From a virus (Duplodnaviria > Caudoviricetes), in IMG/VR virus record IMGVR_UViG_3300023109_000032, positions 1 to 55,101 of that record: DNA of 55,101 nt; one strand, given 5' to 3'. The notes under the pieces were generated by a model, which searched no databases, was not told the DNA's origin, and saw only the letters and a program-made list of their open reading frames with translations. A program made the translations under genes and the position numbers. Position 1 is the first letter of the stretch; every line of letters starts with the position of its first letter. This document shows, piece by piece, positions 10,314 to 20,222 of the stretch.

Positions 10314-10978
10314 ATTACGGAAAAGAATTTCAAAAATATGCAATGAGTGATCATAATGTTAGTTCATCTAAACTAAATTATTATGAAAAGCAAATTGAAA
10401 ACTCAATGACTCCTTATATTTTAGAGGAGAGAGAAATGAGAGCAACACAGATTGATATATTCTCAAGGTTAATGATGGATAGATTACTTTGGGTTGCAGG
10501 ACCAGTTAATGATGGAATGTCAACAATTGTTCAGGCTCAATTAATGTTCTTAGATAGTGTAGAGAAAAAAGATATTACAATGCATATTGATTCCCCGGGA
10601 GGTTCGGTTAAATCAGGACTCTCTATGGTAGATGTTATGGATTATATCAAATCAGATATAAGAACAGTTAATACTGGAATGGCTGCATCTATGGGATCTG
10701 TTTTACTTGGTGCAGGGACAAAAGGAAAAAGAAGTTCACTAAAACATTCAACAACAATGTTGCATCAATCATCAGGTGGTTTTAGTGGAAACATACAAGA
10801 TGCTGAAATAGATTGGACTGAATGGAAAAAAGTTAATAAAGAACTTTTTGTTCTGTTAGGAAAATACTGTGGCAAAAAACCAGAAAAAGTAGCAAAGGAT
10901 GCAACAAGAGATTTCTGGATGAATTCTGAGGAGGCTCTTAAGTATGGAATAATAGATGAAATTATAGGAGTAAAATAA
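10310..10978 (+). CDS. clpP: Clp protease proteolytic subunit
   Basis: DIFSRLMMDR, IDSPGGSV, GMAASMGS (catalytic Ser), MLHQ, RDFWM. Confidence 0.96.
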   Translation: MNYGKEFQKYAMSDHNVSSSKLNYYEKQIENSMTPYILEEREMRATQIDIFSRLMMDRLLWVAGPVNDGMSTIVQAQLMFLDSVEKKDITMHIDSPGGSVKSGLSMVDVMDYIKSDIRTVNTGMAASMGSVLLGAGTKGKRSSLKHSTTMLHQSSGGFSGNIQDAEIDWTEWKKVNKELFVLLGKYCGKKPEKVAKDATRDFWMNSEEALKYGIIDEIIGVK

Positions 10979-10987
10979 ATATATTAT

Positions 10988-11371
10988 ATGAATTACCACG
11001 AAGACGATAGAGCACAAAGATTATTAGACATATTTCCAGTAAGCGAAGGTCAAGTTAACATATCTTACATAAATTCAACAGATCATATTGTTGCTTGGCA
11101 TAAACACGAAGAGCAAACAGATTATTGGATATGCCTCAAGGGAAGTTTAAAGATAGGATGGGCAACAGAAGAAAATGGTTGTGAATTTAAATATCTGTCA
11201 GATAAAAACCTACAAGTAATGGAAATACCGCCAGGTGTTTATCATGGCTATAAAGCATTAGAGCCAGGAACTATATTAGCATATTATGTTACTAAAAAAT
11301 ATAACCCTTCAGATGAACATAGGGTAGATGTAGGGCATTTTGGTGAAGAATGGAAGGTAGAGAATAAATGA
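10988..11371 (+). CDS. RmlC-like cupin (dTDP-sugar epimerase/isomerase family)
   Basis: AWHKHEEQTD...IPPGVYHGYKAL...Y. Confidence 0.7.
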   Translation: MNYHEDDRAQRLLDIFPVSEGQVNISYINSTDHIVAWHKHEEQTDYWICLKGSLKIGWATEENGCEFKYLSDKNLQVMEIPPGVYHGYKALEPGTILAYYVTKKYNPSDEHRVDVGHFGEEWKVENK

Positions 11372-11429
11372 TTAAAAAATTAATTTTTATAATAAGACTT
11401 ACATTAGCAAAAAGAAAAAGAAAATCAAT

Positions 11430-11639
11430 ATGGGATCTATGAAGAAATTTATTAAATTTTTCTTAATTTGGTATAGTCAACAGATGGCCATACCCTTTTG
11501 GGTTATCGGTCATGTGCATTTACATTTTGCTACTTATCATGACTTATATGAATATAGTTTATCGATTTTTTTACACCTAATGGTAGCTATAGGTTTTTGG
11601 ATAGATTGGAAACAGAACGGAAAAAACATTAATAAATGA
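11430..11639 (+). CDS. small membrane protein
   Basis: Two hydrophobic segments. Confidence 0.55.
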   Translation: MGSMKKFIKFFLIWYSQQMAIPFWVIGHVHLHFATYHDLYEYSLSIFLHLMVAIGFWIDWKQNGKNINK

Positions 11640-12712
11640 GATTACATATATTAGGAATTGCAAGAAATGCTTCTACTCCAACACTTACGATGGACCCTTA
11701 TGCAATGATTAGTTATTATACAGCAACATATCTGCATAGAGCAGGCCATGAGGTACATTATTATGGTTATAAAGAATCAACAGTAGAATGTACAAAAAAA
11801 TGGGAATGTGGTAATAAAGAGTTTTTAGAAAAATATTACATTACTAAAGGTTTTGAAAAAACACATTGGAAAAATTCAGATGAAGGCTGCGAAATTTTTT
11901 TTAATAAAGCAAAAGATCATTTATTAAAAAATTATAAAGATGGTGATATTATTATATGTAATTGGAGCCCTTCGGTTGATATTTTAAGAAGATCATTTCC
12001 ACATGCTAAAATAGTAGATGGTAATATTAATCACCGTTCACCTTCACCAGCAACTAACTATCATGTACATTCTTCCATAGCTAACCAACATTTTTTATAC
12101 GGTGCAGCTGCTGAAAGAAAAGGTGATTATGATACTGAAGATCATTGGCAAGATACTGTGATATATCCTATGGCTAATGAATTAAATAACTTTATTTATA
12201 AGAAAGATAAAAAAGATTACTTTTTCTTTATGGGTAGGTTAGGTCTTAATAAAGGTATTCATATTCTTAGAGATCTTGCTGCTCATTTTCCAGATAAAAA
12301 ATTTATTATTGCTGGTCAAGGTTCAATGATTATAGATCTTTTACCTAATATGGAATTTGTAGGGTGTTTAAATGGAGAGGAGAAAAAAGAATATCTTTCA
12401 GATGCTAAAGCAATAATATCTCCATCCACTTATAGCGAACCGTTTGGGCTAACACCAGTAGAGGCAGGATTATCAGGTACTCCTACTATTTGTACTGATT
12501 GGGGTGGGTACACTGAAAATGTATTAGACGGCGTTACTGGTTTTAGATGTACTTATTTTAATGATTTTGTAAATGCTATTAACAATATAGAAACTCTTAA
12601 ACCAGAAGATTGTAGAAAATTTAGTGAAAGGTTTGCGGCAGAAACTTTAATAAAGGATTGGGAAAAATATTTAAATAAAATTAATAGAGTAGGCTGGTAT
12701 GATATTGACTAA
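11636..12712 (+). CDS. GT-B glycosyltransferase (GT4-like)
   Basis: FMGRL..NKG, EPFGLTPVEAGLSGTP, GVTGF. Confidence 0.88.
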   Translation: MRLHILGIARNASTPTLTMDPYAMISYYTATYLHRAGHEVHYYGYKESTVECTKKWECGNKEFLEKYYITKGFEKTHWKNSDEGCEIFFNKAKDHLLKNYKDGDIIICNWSPSVDILRRSFPHAKIVDGNINHRSPSPATNYHVHSSIANQHFLYGAAAERKGDYDTEDHWQDTVIYPMANELNNFIYKKDKKDYFFFMGRLGLNKGIHILRDLAAHFPDKKFIIAGQGSMIIDLLPNMEFVGCLNGEEKKEYLSDAKAIISPSTYSEPFGLTPVEAGLSGTPTICTDWGGYTENVLDGVTGFRCTYFNDFVNAINNIETLKPEDCRKFSERFAAETLIKDWEKYLNKINRVGWYDID

Positions 12713-12716
12713 AATC

Positions 12717-12748
12717 TTTCAGAAACCTATATTGTTTGTTATATTTAA
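12717..12748 (+). promoter_or_regulatory. class I promoter TTCAGA-N15-TTATATTTA
   Basis: 21-nt offset shared with many other copies. Confidence 0.65.
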
Positions 12749-12763
12749 ATTAAATACAAACAT

Positions 12764-13741
12764 ATGAATCCAAACACTCAACTAGGTTATTGCTGTATCA
12801 ATCTAAATTTGCGACAGATACCTATCACCGTTAATCGAACATGCAGAAAAGCAACTTTTGAATCTAACGGATTATCTCATGTAAGTAATCTTGCATTACA
12901 AAACATTAGAGATCTTGTTGAGATTATTAAATGGAATGAAAAGAATGGATTTAAAGTTTATCGCATGTCATCAAACATGTTTCCTTGGATGTCAGAGTAT
13001 GAGCTTAAAGATCTACCTGACTATCAAAAAATATCTACATTACTTAAAGGTGCTGGTACCCTTTCTAAAAAATACGGACAACGCCTCAGTTTCCATCCAG
13101 GACCTTTCAATGTACTAGGATCACCTAATCCAGTACTTGTAACAAAAACAATCAAAGAACTTAATCAAACGGCAGAGATTATGGATATTATGGGATTAGA
13201 ACAGTCTAATCATTATCCTATTAATATTCACTGCAACGGTGTTTATGGAGATAAGAAGGCTACATTACAAAGGTGGTCAGATAATTACAAAAGACTTTCA
13301 AAATCAGCTCAAGCCAGATTGGTTGTAGAGAATGATGATAAGGCAAGTATGTATTCTGTAAAAGATTTGTATGACGGTATCTTTTCTGAAGTACAAGTAC
13401 CTATTACATTTGATTTTCATCATCATAGATTTCAACCAGGTGGTTTATCAGAACAAGAAGCATTTGAATTGGCAATGACTACATGGCACCATCATAATGT
13501 AAAACCTTTGTTTCATTACTCATCATGCCGAAGAACATTCGAGGATCCAGGTTGTAAAGCTCAGGCCCATGCTGATTTTGTATATGAAAAAATTAATGAT
13601 TATGGCCATGCCGTAGATATAGAAGTAGAAGCTAAAGCTAAAGAAGTTGCTGTATTAAAATACAAAGATGATAATAAATTATTAGAATCTTATTTACCTT
13701 TTGATGTACATATAGACAATCAATTAGTATTAGAAGTTTAA
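12764..13741 (+). CDS. uvsE: UV damage endonuclease (UVDE)
   Basis: LGYCCIN, YRMSS, RLSFHPG, INIH, LVVENDD, FDFHHH, HYS, AHAD, EAKAKE. Confidence 0.95.
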   Translation: MNPNTQLGYCCINLNLRQIPITVNRTCRKATFESNGLSHVSNLALQNIRDLVEIIKWNEKNGFKVYRMSSNMFPWMSEYELKDLPDYQKISTLLKGAGTLSKKYGQRLSFHPGPFNVLGSPNPVLVTKTIKELNQTAEIMDIMGLEQSNHYPINIHCNGVYGDKKATLQRWSDNYKRLSKSAQARLVVENDDKASMYSVKDLYDGIFSEVQVPITFDFHHHRFQPGGLSEQEAFELAMTTWHHHNVKPLFHYSSCRRTFEDPGCKAQAHADFVYEKINDYGHAVDIEVEAKAKEVAVLKYKDDNKLLESYLPFDVHIDNQLVLEV

Positions 13742-13755
13742 CTAAAAACAAAAAA

Positions 13756-14046
13756 ATGATTAAAATTGTTAAAGAAAAACCAATTAAAAGTACCACATCT
13801 GTTGAAGGTATATTAGTACAAGTAACAGGGGGACAATGGTACGGAATTACAATATTTAGACCAGCAAGAAATCCTTGGTTAGGTAGGGCAAGTAAGTCAA
13901 CTACCACAGGAAGAATGGAATTTACTGCAGGAAGTGAAACCTTTCAGATGCAGTTTAAAGAAAAACCAAACTTTGAAGAACTAAAGGAAACTTTAGTAAA
14001 TGTATTAAATGGAGCAGAAGCTGTTAAATGTAAAATTTCTTATTAA
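13756..14046 (+). CDS. hypothetical protein
   Basis: ORF track. Confidence 0.6.
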   Translation: MIKIVKEKPIKSTTSVEGILVQVTGGQWYGITIFRPARNPWLGRASKSTTTGRMEFTAGSETFQMQFKEKPNFEELKETLVNVLNGAEAVKCKISY

Positions 14047-14210
14047 TGGGAACGATAATGGAAATGTTTGCATGCCTATTTATTATAGGATTAAGTTTTT
14101 TATTTCATTTAATTGTTTATGAAGATGATTGGGTTGAAAAATGGTATTGGAAAGTTTTAGGTGGTGGTGGCATTCTCCTTTTAGTTTTTGCTGCTATACT
14201 AGGTTACTAA
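14046..14210 (+). CDS. small two-TM membrane protein (54 aa, below ORF-track cutoff)
   Basis: TAATG overlap with the upstream gene; MGTIMEMFACLFIIGLSFLF...GILLLVFAAILGY. Confidence 0.55.
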   Translation: MGTIMEMFACLFIIGLSFLFHLIVYEDDWVEKWYWKVLGGGGILLLVFAAILGY

Positions 14211-14223
14211 AAAAACAAGAGTT

Positions 14224-14263
14224 TATAGTTCAGTTTTCAACAAAATAGTTTATATTTATATTA
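14224..14263 (+). promoter_or_regulatory. class I promoter (TATAGTTCAG...TTATATTTATA)
   Basis: Matches the 3' half of the repeated cassette. Confidence 0.65.
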
Positions 14264-14264
14264 T

Positions 14265-14429
14265 ATGAATAACACAATACAATTTTATTTCAACCAGTAT
14301 ATTAAAAGTTATAAAAGCTTTAATCTGGAATTTTCTGAGTTTATTGCAAGTAAACTTGGCTGTACTGAAGCCCATGCAGTACAATTGATTAAAACATGGA
14401 AAGAAAACAAACAACTAATAAACGCATAA
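14265..14429 (+). CDS. hypothetical protein (54 aa)
   Basis: Directly after the promoter motif; stop 1 nt before the next ATG. Confidence 0.5.
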   Translation: MNNTIQFYFNQYIKSYKSFNLEFSEFIASKLGCTEAHAVQLIKTWKENKQLINA

Positions 14430-14430
14430 T

Positions 14431-14619
14431 ATGAAAAAGGTAATAGGTAATTTTATAGTAGAGCTTTCAGGCGAAAGTTTAATGATTAAAAATTCAAAAG
14501 GTGATTTGTTAAAGGCAGATTCTGTTAAGCCATTTGAATCAGAAGATAAATTTAAAGAACTGTGTACCGGTTTAGAAGAAAAAATTGCTGAAAGAAAAAG
14601 ATTAGGCTTAGCAGTATAA
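14431..14619 (+). CDS. hypothetical protein
   Basis: ORF track. Confidence 0.6.
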   Translation: MKKVIGNFIVELSGESLMIKNSKGDLLKADSVKPFESEDKFKELCTGLEEKIAERKRLGLAV

Positions 14620-14635
14620 TTAAACATAGTTTCAG

Positions 14636-14726
14636 AATTGTTAATAACTTTTTGAAAATAATATGAAACTATAGTTCAATTCCCAAGAAATTGTATTATA
14701 TTTATAATATAATTAAATAACGGAAA
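14636..14726 (+). promoter_or_regulatory. repeated promoter cassette, copy 1
   Basis: AATTGTTAATAACTTTTTGAAAATAA...TATAGTTCA...TTATATTTATA...AACGGAAA-ATG. Confidence 0.8.
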
Positions 14727-15452
14727 ATGGAACATAAAATATTTGAAGTCGGTGGTTGTGTAAGGGACGAAATCTTAGGAGTTCATACAAAAGACATCGA
14801 CTTTACTTTTGTATTAGATAATACTGATATGACAGTAGAAGAAGGGTGGAACAAAATGTTATCTATCCTTGAATCTGAAGGATTCAAAATATTCTTAAAA
14901 ACACCAGACTGTTTTACTGTAAGAGCTATGTTTCCTAAAGGGCATGAGCATGAAGGTTTAGTTGCCGACTTTGTTATGTCTAGGAAAGAAGTAGGAGTTA
15001 TACCTGGAACAAGAAAACCTATATTAGAATTAGGAACTTTAGAGGATGACTTAATGAGAAGGGATTTTACTCTTAATGCCTTATGTAAAGATGAGAATGG
15101 TAATATCATAGATATGTTTAATGGTGTTATAGATTTAAATAATAGAATCCTTAGAACTCCATTACCTCCAATGAAAACTTTAATGGATGATCCTTTAAGA
15201 ATGATAAGAGGTTTAAGATTTTCCATAACCAAAGGTTTTACATTTGATGATGAATTATGGGAATGTATGCAAGAGCCAGGTTTGTTAAGAAAATTAGAAG
15301 ATGTAGTTTCTCAAGAAAGAATCAGAGAAGAAGTTACTAAAATGTTTAAGCATGATACTCTTAAGAGTTTAAATCTTTTAAGAACTATACCTGGATTAAT
15401 GGAAGTTATATTAAAAGATGGGATGTGGTTAATGCCAACAACTAAAAAATAA
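14727..15452 (+). CDS. tRNA nucleotidyltransferase (CCA-adding/poly(A) polymerase family)
   Basis: VGGCVRD, KDIDF, RRDFTLNAL, DDPLRMIRGLRF, SQERIREE. Confidence 0.9.
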   Translation: MEHKIFEVGGCVRDEILGVHTKDIDFTFVLDNTDMTVEEGWNKMLSILESEGFKIFLKTPDCFTVRAMFPKGHEHEGLVADFVMSRKEVGVIPGTRKPILELGTLEDDLMRRDFTLNALCKDENGNIIDMFNGVIDLNNRILRTPLPPMKTLMDDPLRMIRGLRFSITKGFTFDDELWECMQEPGLLRKLEDVVSQERIREEVTKMFKHDTLKSLNLLRTIPGLMEVILKDGMWLMPTTKK

Positions 15453-15455
15453 GAT

Positions 15456-15659
15456 ATGAGATATACTGTAACAATGACAATTTATATAGATGCCGAAAAT
15501 GATAAGCATGCAGTTTCAAAAGCTGAGATGATTACCAAAAGAGAACAGATAAAATACCCGGCACAGAGGTGTGAAATGGAGAAACTTCATTGTACTCCAT
15601 TTGCATCTTTACAAACAAGAGAAGTAAATATTAATAAAATTAAGTATGAAGAAGTATAA
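15456..15659 (+). CDS. hypothetical protein
   Basis: ORF track. Confidence 0.6.
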   Translation: MRYTVTMTIYIDAENDKHAVSKAEMITKREQIKYPAQRCEMEKLHCTPFASLQTREVNINKIKYEEV

Positions 15660-15945
15660 AATAGAATCACATATGAATATTGCTTTTGCAACATTTAACG
15701 GGCAGAAGTATCTATTTCCAGGATGGATTCCTGTAGAGGATCATATATCATTCGATGATGTAGAAGTAATTAATCCTTATGCAAATGTTAAGGTTGAGGA
15801 GTATCAAATAACTGGATCAAGAGGGGATAAATATACTGTTACTAATAGAAATGGTAAATTTTCATGTAATTGCCCAGCTGGCAAATTTAGAGGATATTGT
15901 AAACATTCAAAGCAAGTTCAAAAAGATCTTAGCTTAGTTGAATAA
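15646..15945 (+). CDS. SWIM zinc-finger protein
   Basis: YTVT...FSCNCPAGKFRGYCKH (CxC-xn-CxH). Confidence 0.8.
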   Translation: MKKYKIESHMNIAFATFNGQKYLFPGWIPVEDHISFDDVEVINPYANVKVEEYQITGSRGDKYTVTNRNGKFSCNCPAGKFRGYCKHSKQVQKDLSLVE

Positions 15946-15966
15946 ATAAAGAAAACAAATATAATT

Positions 15967-16320
15967 ATGTTACCATACGGAATAGCTAAAATTGATGTTG
16001 CAACAGTTACTGATGACAGTGTGCAATTTAAAAGAGATACAGATTTAGGAATTAATATGACTCAGCAAAAGGAGGAAATAGTTTTAGGAACTAAAAACAA
16101 AACACAAGGCCCTATTAAGAAATATCCTATTGCAATATTAGTAACTAAAACTGGTGCAACTGCTGCTGCCCCTGAAACAATTACTGTTTTAGATCAAGTA
16201 GGTAATGAGGTTGTTATGGGTGGAATGGTAACTGGTGTAATAAGACCATTTAGTTTCAGTCAAGTACTAGGAGCCGGTACAACCCCTTCAGTTGGAGAAA
16301 TAACTATTTTTTATAGATAG
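15967..16320 (+). CDS. hypothetical protein (late-like promoter)
   Basis: ORF track; GAATAAATAAAG upstream. Confidence 0.65.
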   Translation: MLPYGIAKIDVATVTDDSVQFKRDTDLGINMTQQKEEIVLGTKNKTQGPIKKYPIAILVTKTGATAAAPETITVLDQVGNEVVMGGMVTGVIRPFSFSQVLGAGTTPSVGEITIFYR

Positions 16321-16356
16321 TTAAGTATTTAAATTTAAAAATAAATAAATTAAGTA

Positions 16357-16545
16357 ATGGAAAAAGCAAAAGAATTATTTGGAAAAGTAGTAAGTTGGAT
16401 TGACTCAAAAGGTTTCTCTGCTTTATTATCATTAGGCCTAGGTGCAGGTCTTTGGGTGTTTGGTTACAAGATATATGCTGGAATTGCATTCGGTGTATTC
16501 TTAACTAGAAACTGGGATCTTTTCAGAGGATGGCTAAAGAAGTAA
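16357..16545 (+). CDS. small two-TM membrane protein
   Basis: Gly-rich hydrophobic hairpin with a basic C-terminus. Confidence 0.65.
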   Translation: MEKAKELFGKVVSWIDSKGFSALLSLGLGAGLWVFGYKIYAGIAFGVFLTRNWDLFRGWLKK

Positions 16546-16654
16546 TTAAAAGAAAGAATGAATCATCTCAGTTTATTTTTTGTTACTGGGATGATTATTC
16601 TACTTTACCACAAGAAAGAATTAAGAATATTAAAACGAAAACAAAAATAAGAAA

Positions 16655-17539
16655 ATGAAATATATTAAAATTTTAGATTTAAACGAAAGTTTAGATGAAA
16701 AAGTAAACGAAGCAGTAAATGCATCAGGCTATATTAAAGCTGGTAAATTAGGTTACAATGATCAATTTTTAGGAAGAAGATCTTTATCATGGACATTATC
16801 AACTGATTTAGGTTTAAAGGCAGCTGATGAATTCGTTGGTCCGTGGTTAGGATTTGATCATGTATCAATGTATGCTATTGGTAAAAAAGGAGGTACTATT
16901 TTAGATGATGCATTAACCAACAAATACACTTATGAAGAACTCAAATCTGCTGCTGCAAAGTATTTAGGGATTAAAGAATCAGCTGATTTAAATGAAGCTA
17001 AATTTGTAAGTTCATATGATACAAAAGTAAATGATGCCGAAACAGAAAAAGACGTTTTAAAAATATACCCAAAGGCTAAATTCTTTACAGGTAAATTAAC
17101 TCACTTCTTTGGAGAACTTGAACCAAATCTTTTCTTTAAAGCTTATTATCCTAAATATTATAAGGAAGATACTGGTAAAACTGTTAAAGGTGATTTTAAA
17201 ATTACTTCAGTCTATTCTGAAAAAGGTAGAAAATATGTTGAGTTAATGAAAGAATCATTAAATGAAGCAAAGAAATTTAAACCAGGTGATAAATGGTCAA
17301 ATGATTTTGATTATGATGGAATGATGAAGTATGCTTTAACGGTGAATCATAAAACTCCACTAAAAACTCTTCAGAAATTACATGATTCTGCAACTGATGT
17401 AAATTACCATACTCCTTTTTCAGGTTTAGGTAATGCAATTGATTGGATAACTGATGATGGTGTTAATTCACAAGAAGGTAAAGACTTTATGAAACAATTT
17501 CATAATGATATTAAATCTGAAATAAAGAAAATGGCATAA
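16655..17539 (+). CDS. putative polyprotein-like internal head protein
   Basis: Leader MKYIKILDLNESLDEKVNE|A; ESADLNE|A; ESLNE|A. Confidence 0.55.
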   Translation: MKYIKILDLNESLDEKVNEAVNASGYIKAGKLGYNDQFLGRRSLSWTLSTDLGLKAADEFVGPWLGFDHVSMYAIGKKGGTILDDALTNKYTYEELKSAAAKYLGIKESADLNEAKFVSSYDTKVNDAETEKDVLKIYPKAKFFTGKLTHFFGELEPNLFFKAYYPKYYKEDTGKTVKGDFKITSVYSEKGRKYVELMKESLNEAKKFKPGDKWSNDFDYDGMMKYALTVNHKTPLKTLQKLHDSATDVNYHTPFSGLGNAIDWITDDGVNSQEGKDFMKQFHNDIKSEIKKMA

Positions 17540-19017
17540 TGAAATATATTAAATTATTTGAAAAGTTCACTAAGGACTATATGAAAAAAATAGACCTTAG
17601 TGATTTTAAGAAAATCAAAAAAGGTTCTAAGATTTTATACATGGGTGGCCAAGTGGAAGTTTTAGATAATAATGGATATGTTCTTAAACTTAAAGGAGAA
17701 GACGGTAGAACCTTTACTATTAATAAATCTCAATTTGATCACGGAGGAATGATTAAAGAAGTATCTGATGGAAAGAAAAAGAAAAAGAAAAAGGAATTCC
17801 ATCCAGATATGATGTATGAGGCTAAAGGCAAAAAGGTTATAAATGATCTTTATAAAATGGATGCTCAAATTGATTATCTTTCTGATGCTGATGATGCAAC
17901 TAAAAAGATATGGAAAAAGGCAGGAGTTAATCCTAATGATGATAATCAAATTATTCTTTACTCATATGTTAATTCATGGCCTGAAACTAAAAAACTTTTA
18001 GACAAATCAAGAATTAAGTATAAAGAATTAGAAGATCCTAATTCTGCAGGTGAATCTTTTATTGTATTTGATGTTAATGAATCAATTAATGAATTAAGAA
18101 CATCACCAGTATCTGGAACAATGGCTGGTTTTACTACATCGTTAGAAGATAGAAAATATGAATTAAAGAAAGATGTTAAAGGCGCTACTATTGGAAACTT
18201 TTCAAATGTAACACTTCCTAAAGGAACTATTATTTATAATTTACCTGGTGGGGTATTTGCAGATCATTTTGCATTAAAACAAAGGTATACGAGTAGATCA
18301 TCACAAGGTCCACAATATTTTGATAAACCAACCTTTAAAGGTATAATGATTAAACAAACACCTGCTGTCTTATCATACATTGAAAAGAACAGTAAAGTTT
18401 TAGAATCATTTGATACAGAAGACGAAGTAATCAATTTTATAGATGGAATAGTTAACGAAGCTAGTGATCAACAAAGATTAACTCATTTAAGAAAATTTGG
18501 AATTGCACCTAATAACCAACCACAGAATGGTGCTTATATAAAACAAGTAGCAAAACCTGGAAAATTCTTCGTGGATTGGAAAGATGCTTTTGATCTAGGT
18601 GATGTTGCATTAGAGTTTGTAAAATCTGTAGGTAGTATTTCTGAGTTTGATATTATTGATCTTAAGACAATGAAACGCACAGGTAAGCAATTAGATGTTA
18701 AGAAAGGTCAATTAGGAAATTTAAGAACTACTTATGGTGTTAGAGTTAATGAATCTCTTAATGAATTATCATCTGCACAAGATGGTACTAAAGATTCTGA
18801 TGGTAAACATAGACATGAACATCATTTAGAAGAAGATATAGAAGCAATGTGGAAAAAAGCCTATGGTGAGAATTTTAGTTCTCAATATCCAGCAGTTGCT
18901 AAAATTATTAAACAAAGAAAGATTAAAGATAAAAGAGAAATTGCTAGAATATGGCAAGATACTTATGGTGAGGATTTTGAAAAAGAATACCCAGCATTAT
19001 TCCAAAAGTTAAGTTAA
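17539..19017 (+). CDS. putative polyprotein-like internal head protein
   Basis: Leader MKYIKLFE; VNESINE|L; IVNE|A; VNESLNE|L. Confidence 0.55.
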   Translation: MKYIKLFEKFTKDYMKKIDLSDFKKIKKGSKILYMGGQVEVLDNNGYVLKLKGEDGRTFTINKSQFDHGGMIKEVSDGKKKKKKKEFHPDMMYEAKGKKVINDLYKMDAQIDYLSDADDATKKIWKKAGVNPNDDNQIILYSYVNSWPETKKLLDKSRIKYKELEDPNSAGESFIVFDVNESINELRTSPVSGTMAGFTTSLEDRKYELKKDVKGATIGNFSNVTLPKGTIIYNLPGGVFADHFALKQRYTSRSSQGPQYFDKPTFKGIMIKQTPAVLSYIEKNSKVLESFDTEDEVINFIDGIVNEASDQQRLTHLRKFGIAPNNQPQNGAYIKQVAKPGKFFVDWKDAFDLGDVALEFVKSVGSISEFDIIDLKTMKRTGKQLDVKKGQLGNLRTTYGVRVNESLNELSSAQDGTKDSDGKHRHEHHLEEDIEAMWKKAYGENFSSQYPAVAKIIKQRKIKDKREIARIWQDTYGEDFEKEYPALFQKLS

Positions 19018-19069
19018 TGGCACCATATTTAATTTTTGCTATTATCTTATGCATATTAATAGATACAAT

Positions 19070-19396
19070 ATGAAATACATTAAACCACTTAACGAAGGAA
19101 GACCTATGTTCCAAGATACTCCTAATGAGTTTGCTTATTTAGATTTTGCAAAGTGGGCATCAAAAAACAAAGGCGATATTAAAAAAGAACTATCCAATAT
19201 TAATGATGGTACTACATTCTTTATAGCACTTAGAAAACTGTGGATGCGTTGGGCTATGAAATATGCAAAGAATTGGAGTTACTTACATTCTACTGCTGTT
19301 GCTAAAAAAGATTTTGGTAGAGCCTTAGCTGTTATGTTAAAGAAAGATAATTTAATAATTAGAAATCAAGGTAATAAATTAACAGATTTAAAATAA
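19070..19396 (+). CDS. putative internal head protein
   Basis: Start moved to 19070, giving the leader MKYIKPLNE|G seen in neighbours. Confidence 0.55.
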   Translation: MKYIKPLNEGRPMFQDTPNEFAYLDFAKWASKNKGDIKKELSNINDGTTFFIALRKLWMRWAMKYAKNWSYLHSTAVAKKDFGRALAVMLKKDNLIIRNQGNKLTDLK

Positions 19397-19966
19397 ATGA
19401 ATAACATCCCAACATTTAATGAATTTAAAAACCGAAGATTAGTAAATGAAACTTATGATCTTTTAGAAGGGAGTGTAAGTTATGAAGATCTTAATGATGT
19501 TTTAAATGAAGGAATCTTTTCTTTTATTAAGGGTATATTTATGAACCCTTTTCAAAAAAGAAAGTTAAAAAAGTTAGGGGATGAATTATTTAAAATAAAG
19601 GTTCAGATTCAAAAACTAGAAATAGAAGAAAATGATATTGATAGAATGGAGGATGAATTAAAATCAAAAGATTCTAATTATAGTTCGGATTCTTCTATAA
19701 AGAATGCAAAAACCGCCGAAGATAAAAAATTAAAAGCTTTACAGAATAAAGAAGCGATTATAATTGATCAAATGGATACTGTTGCTGGAGATAATCAAAC
19801 TCTAACTAAGTATGTAAATAAGATAAAGCTAGAAATTAGAATGAAGGCAAATGATGCAACTATAAAAATGGCTGATGCCGAAATGAGTAGAATCTTAAAT
19901 AAGATGCAAAAGAAGGATGCTAAAGAAATTAAAGTACTGGATAAAGAATTGGCTAAGGCGGCCTAA
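19397..19966 (+). CDS. putative internal head protein, coiled-coil
   Basis: MNNIPTFNEF..LVNE|T..LLE|G..LNE|G. Confidence 0.55.
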   Translation: MNNIPTFNEFKNRRLVNETYDLLEGSVSYEDLNDVLNEGIFSFIKGIFMNPFQKRKLKKLGDELFKIKVQIQKLEIEENDIDRMEDELKSKDSNYSSDSSIKNAKTAEDKKLKALQNKEAIIIDQMDTVAGDNQTLTKYVNKIKLEIRMKANDATIKMADAEMSRILNKMQKKDAKEIKVLDKELAKAA

Positions 19967-20222
19967 TCAAGTTCAACCTGATGAATATGATAACTGGTAT
20001 CCAGATAGATAAAAGGTTAACATTTATTTAACAATTAATTAATATCAGATTTATAAACAATTCGTAGTTTTTACCATAAATATTATATGGAAACAAAAAC
20101 TAAACATGATATCTCCTCGGCATTGTATATAGTAATTATGATTATTGTATTTACACTTGCACTTTAATATATAAATTCAACAGCCTTGAACGCAAGGCCA
20201 ACTTTCAAAAAAATTTATTAAA

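Noticed and set aside
11616-11623. AACGGAAA upstream of the GT4 gene as another leader motif
   Set aside because: Lies inside the upstream CDS and about 12 nt from the ATG, unlike the 1-3 nt spacing of the other copies
16357-16545. Holin call
   Set aside because: Size and topology fit, but there is no adjacent endolysin and many similar small membrane ORFs occur in the window
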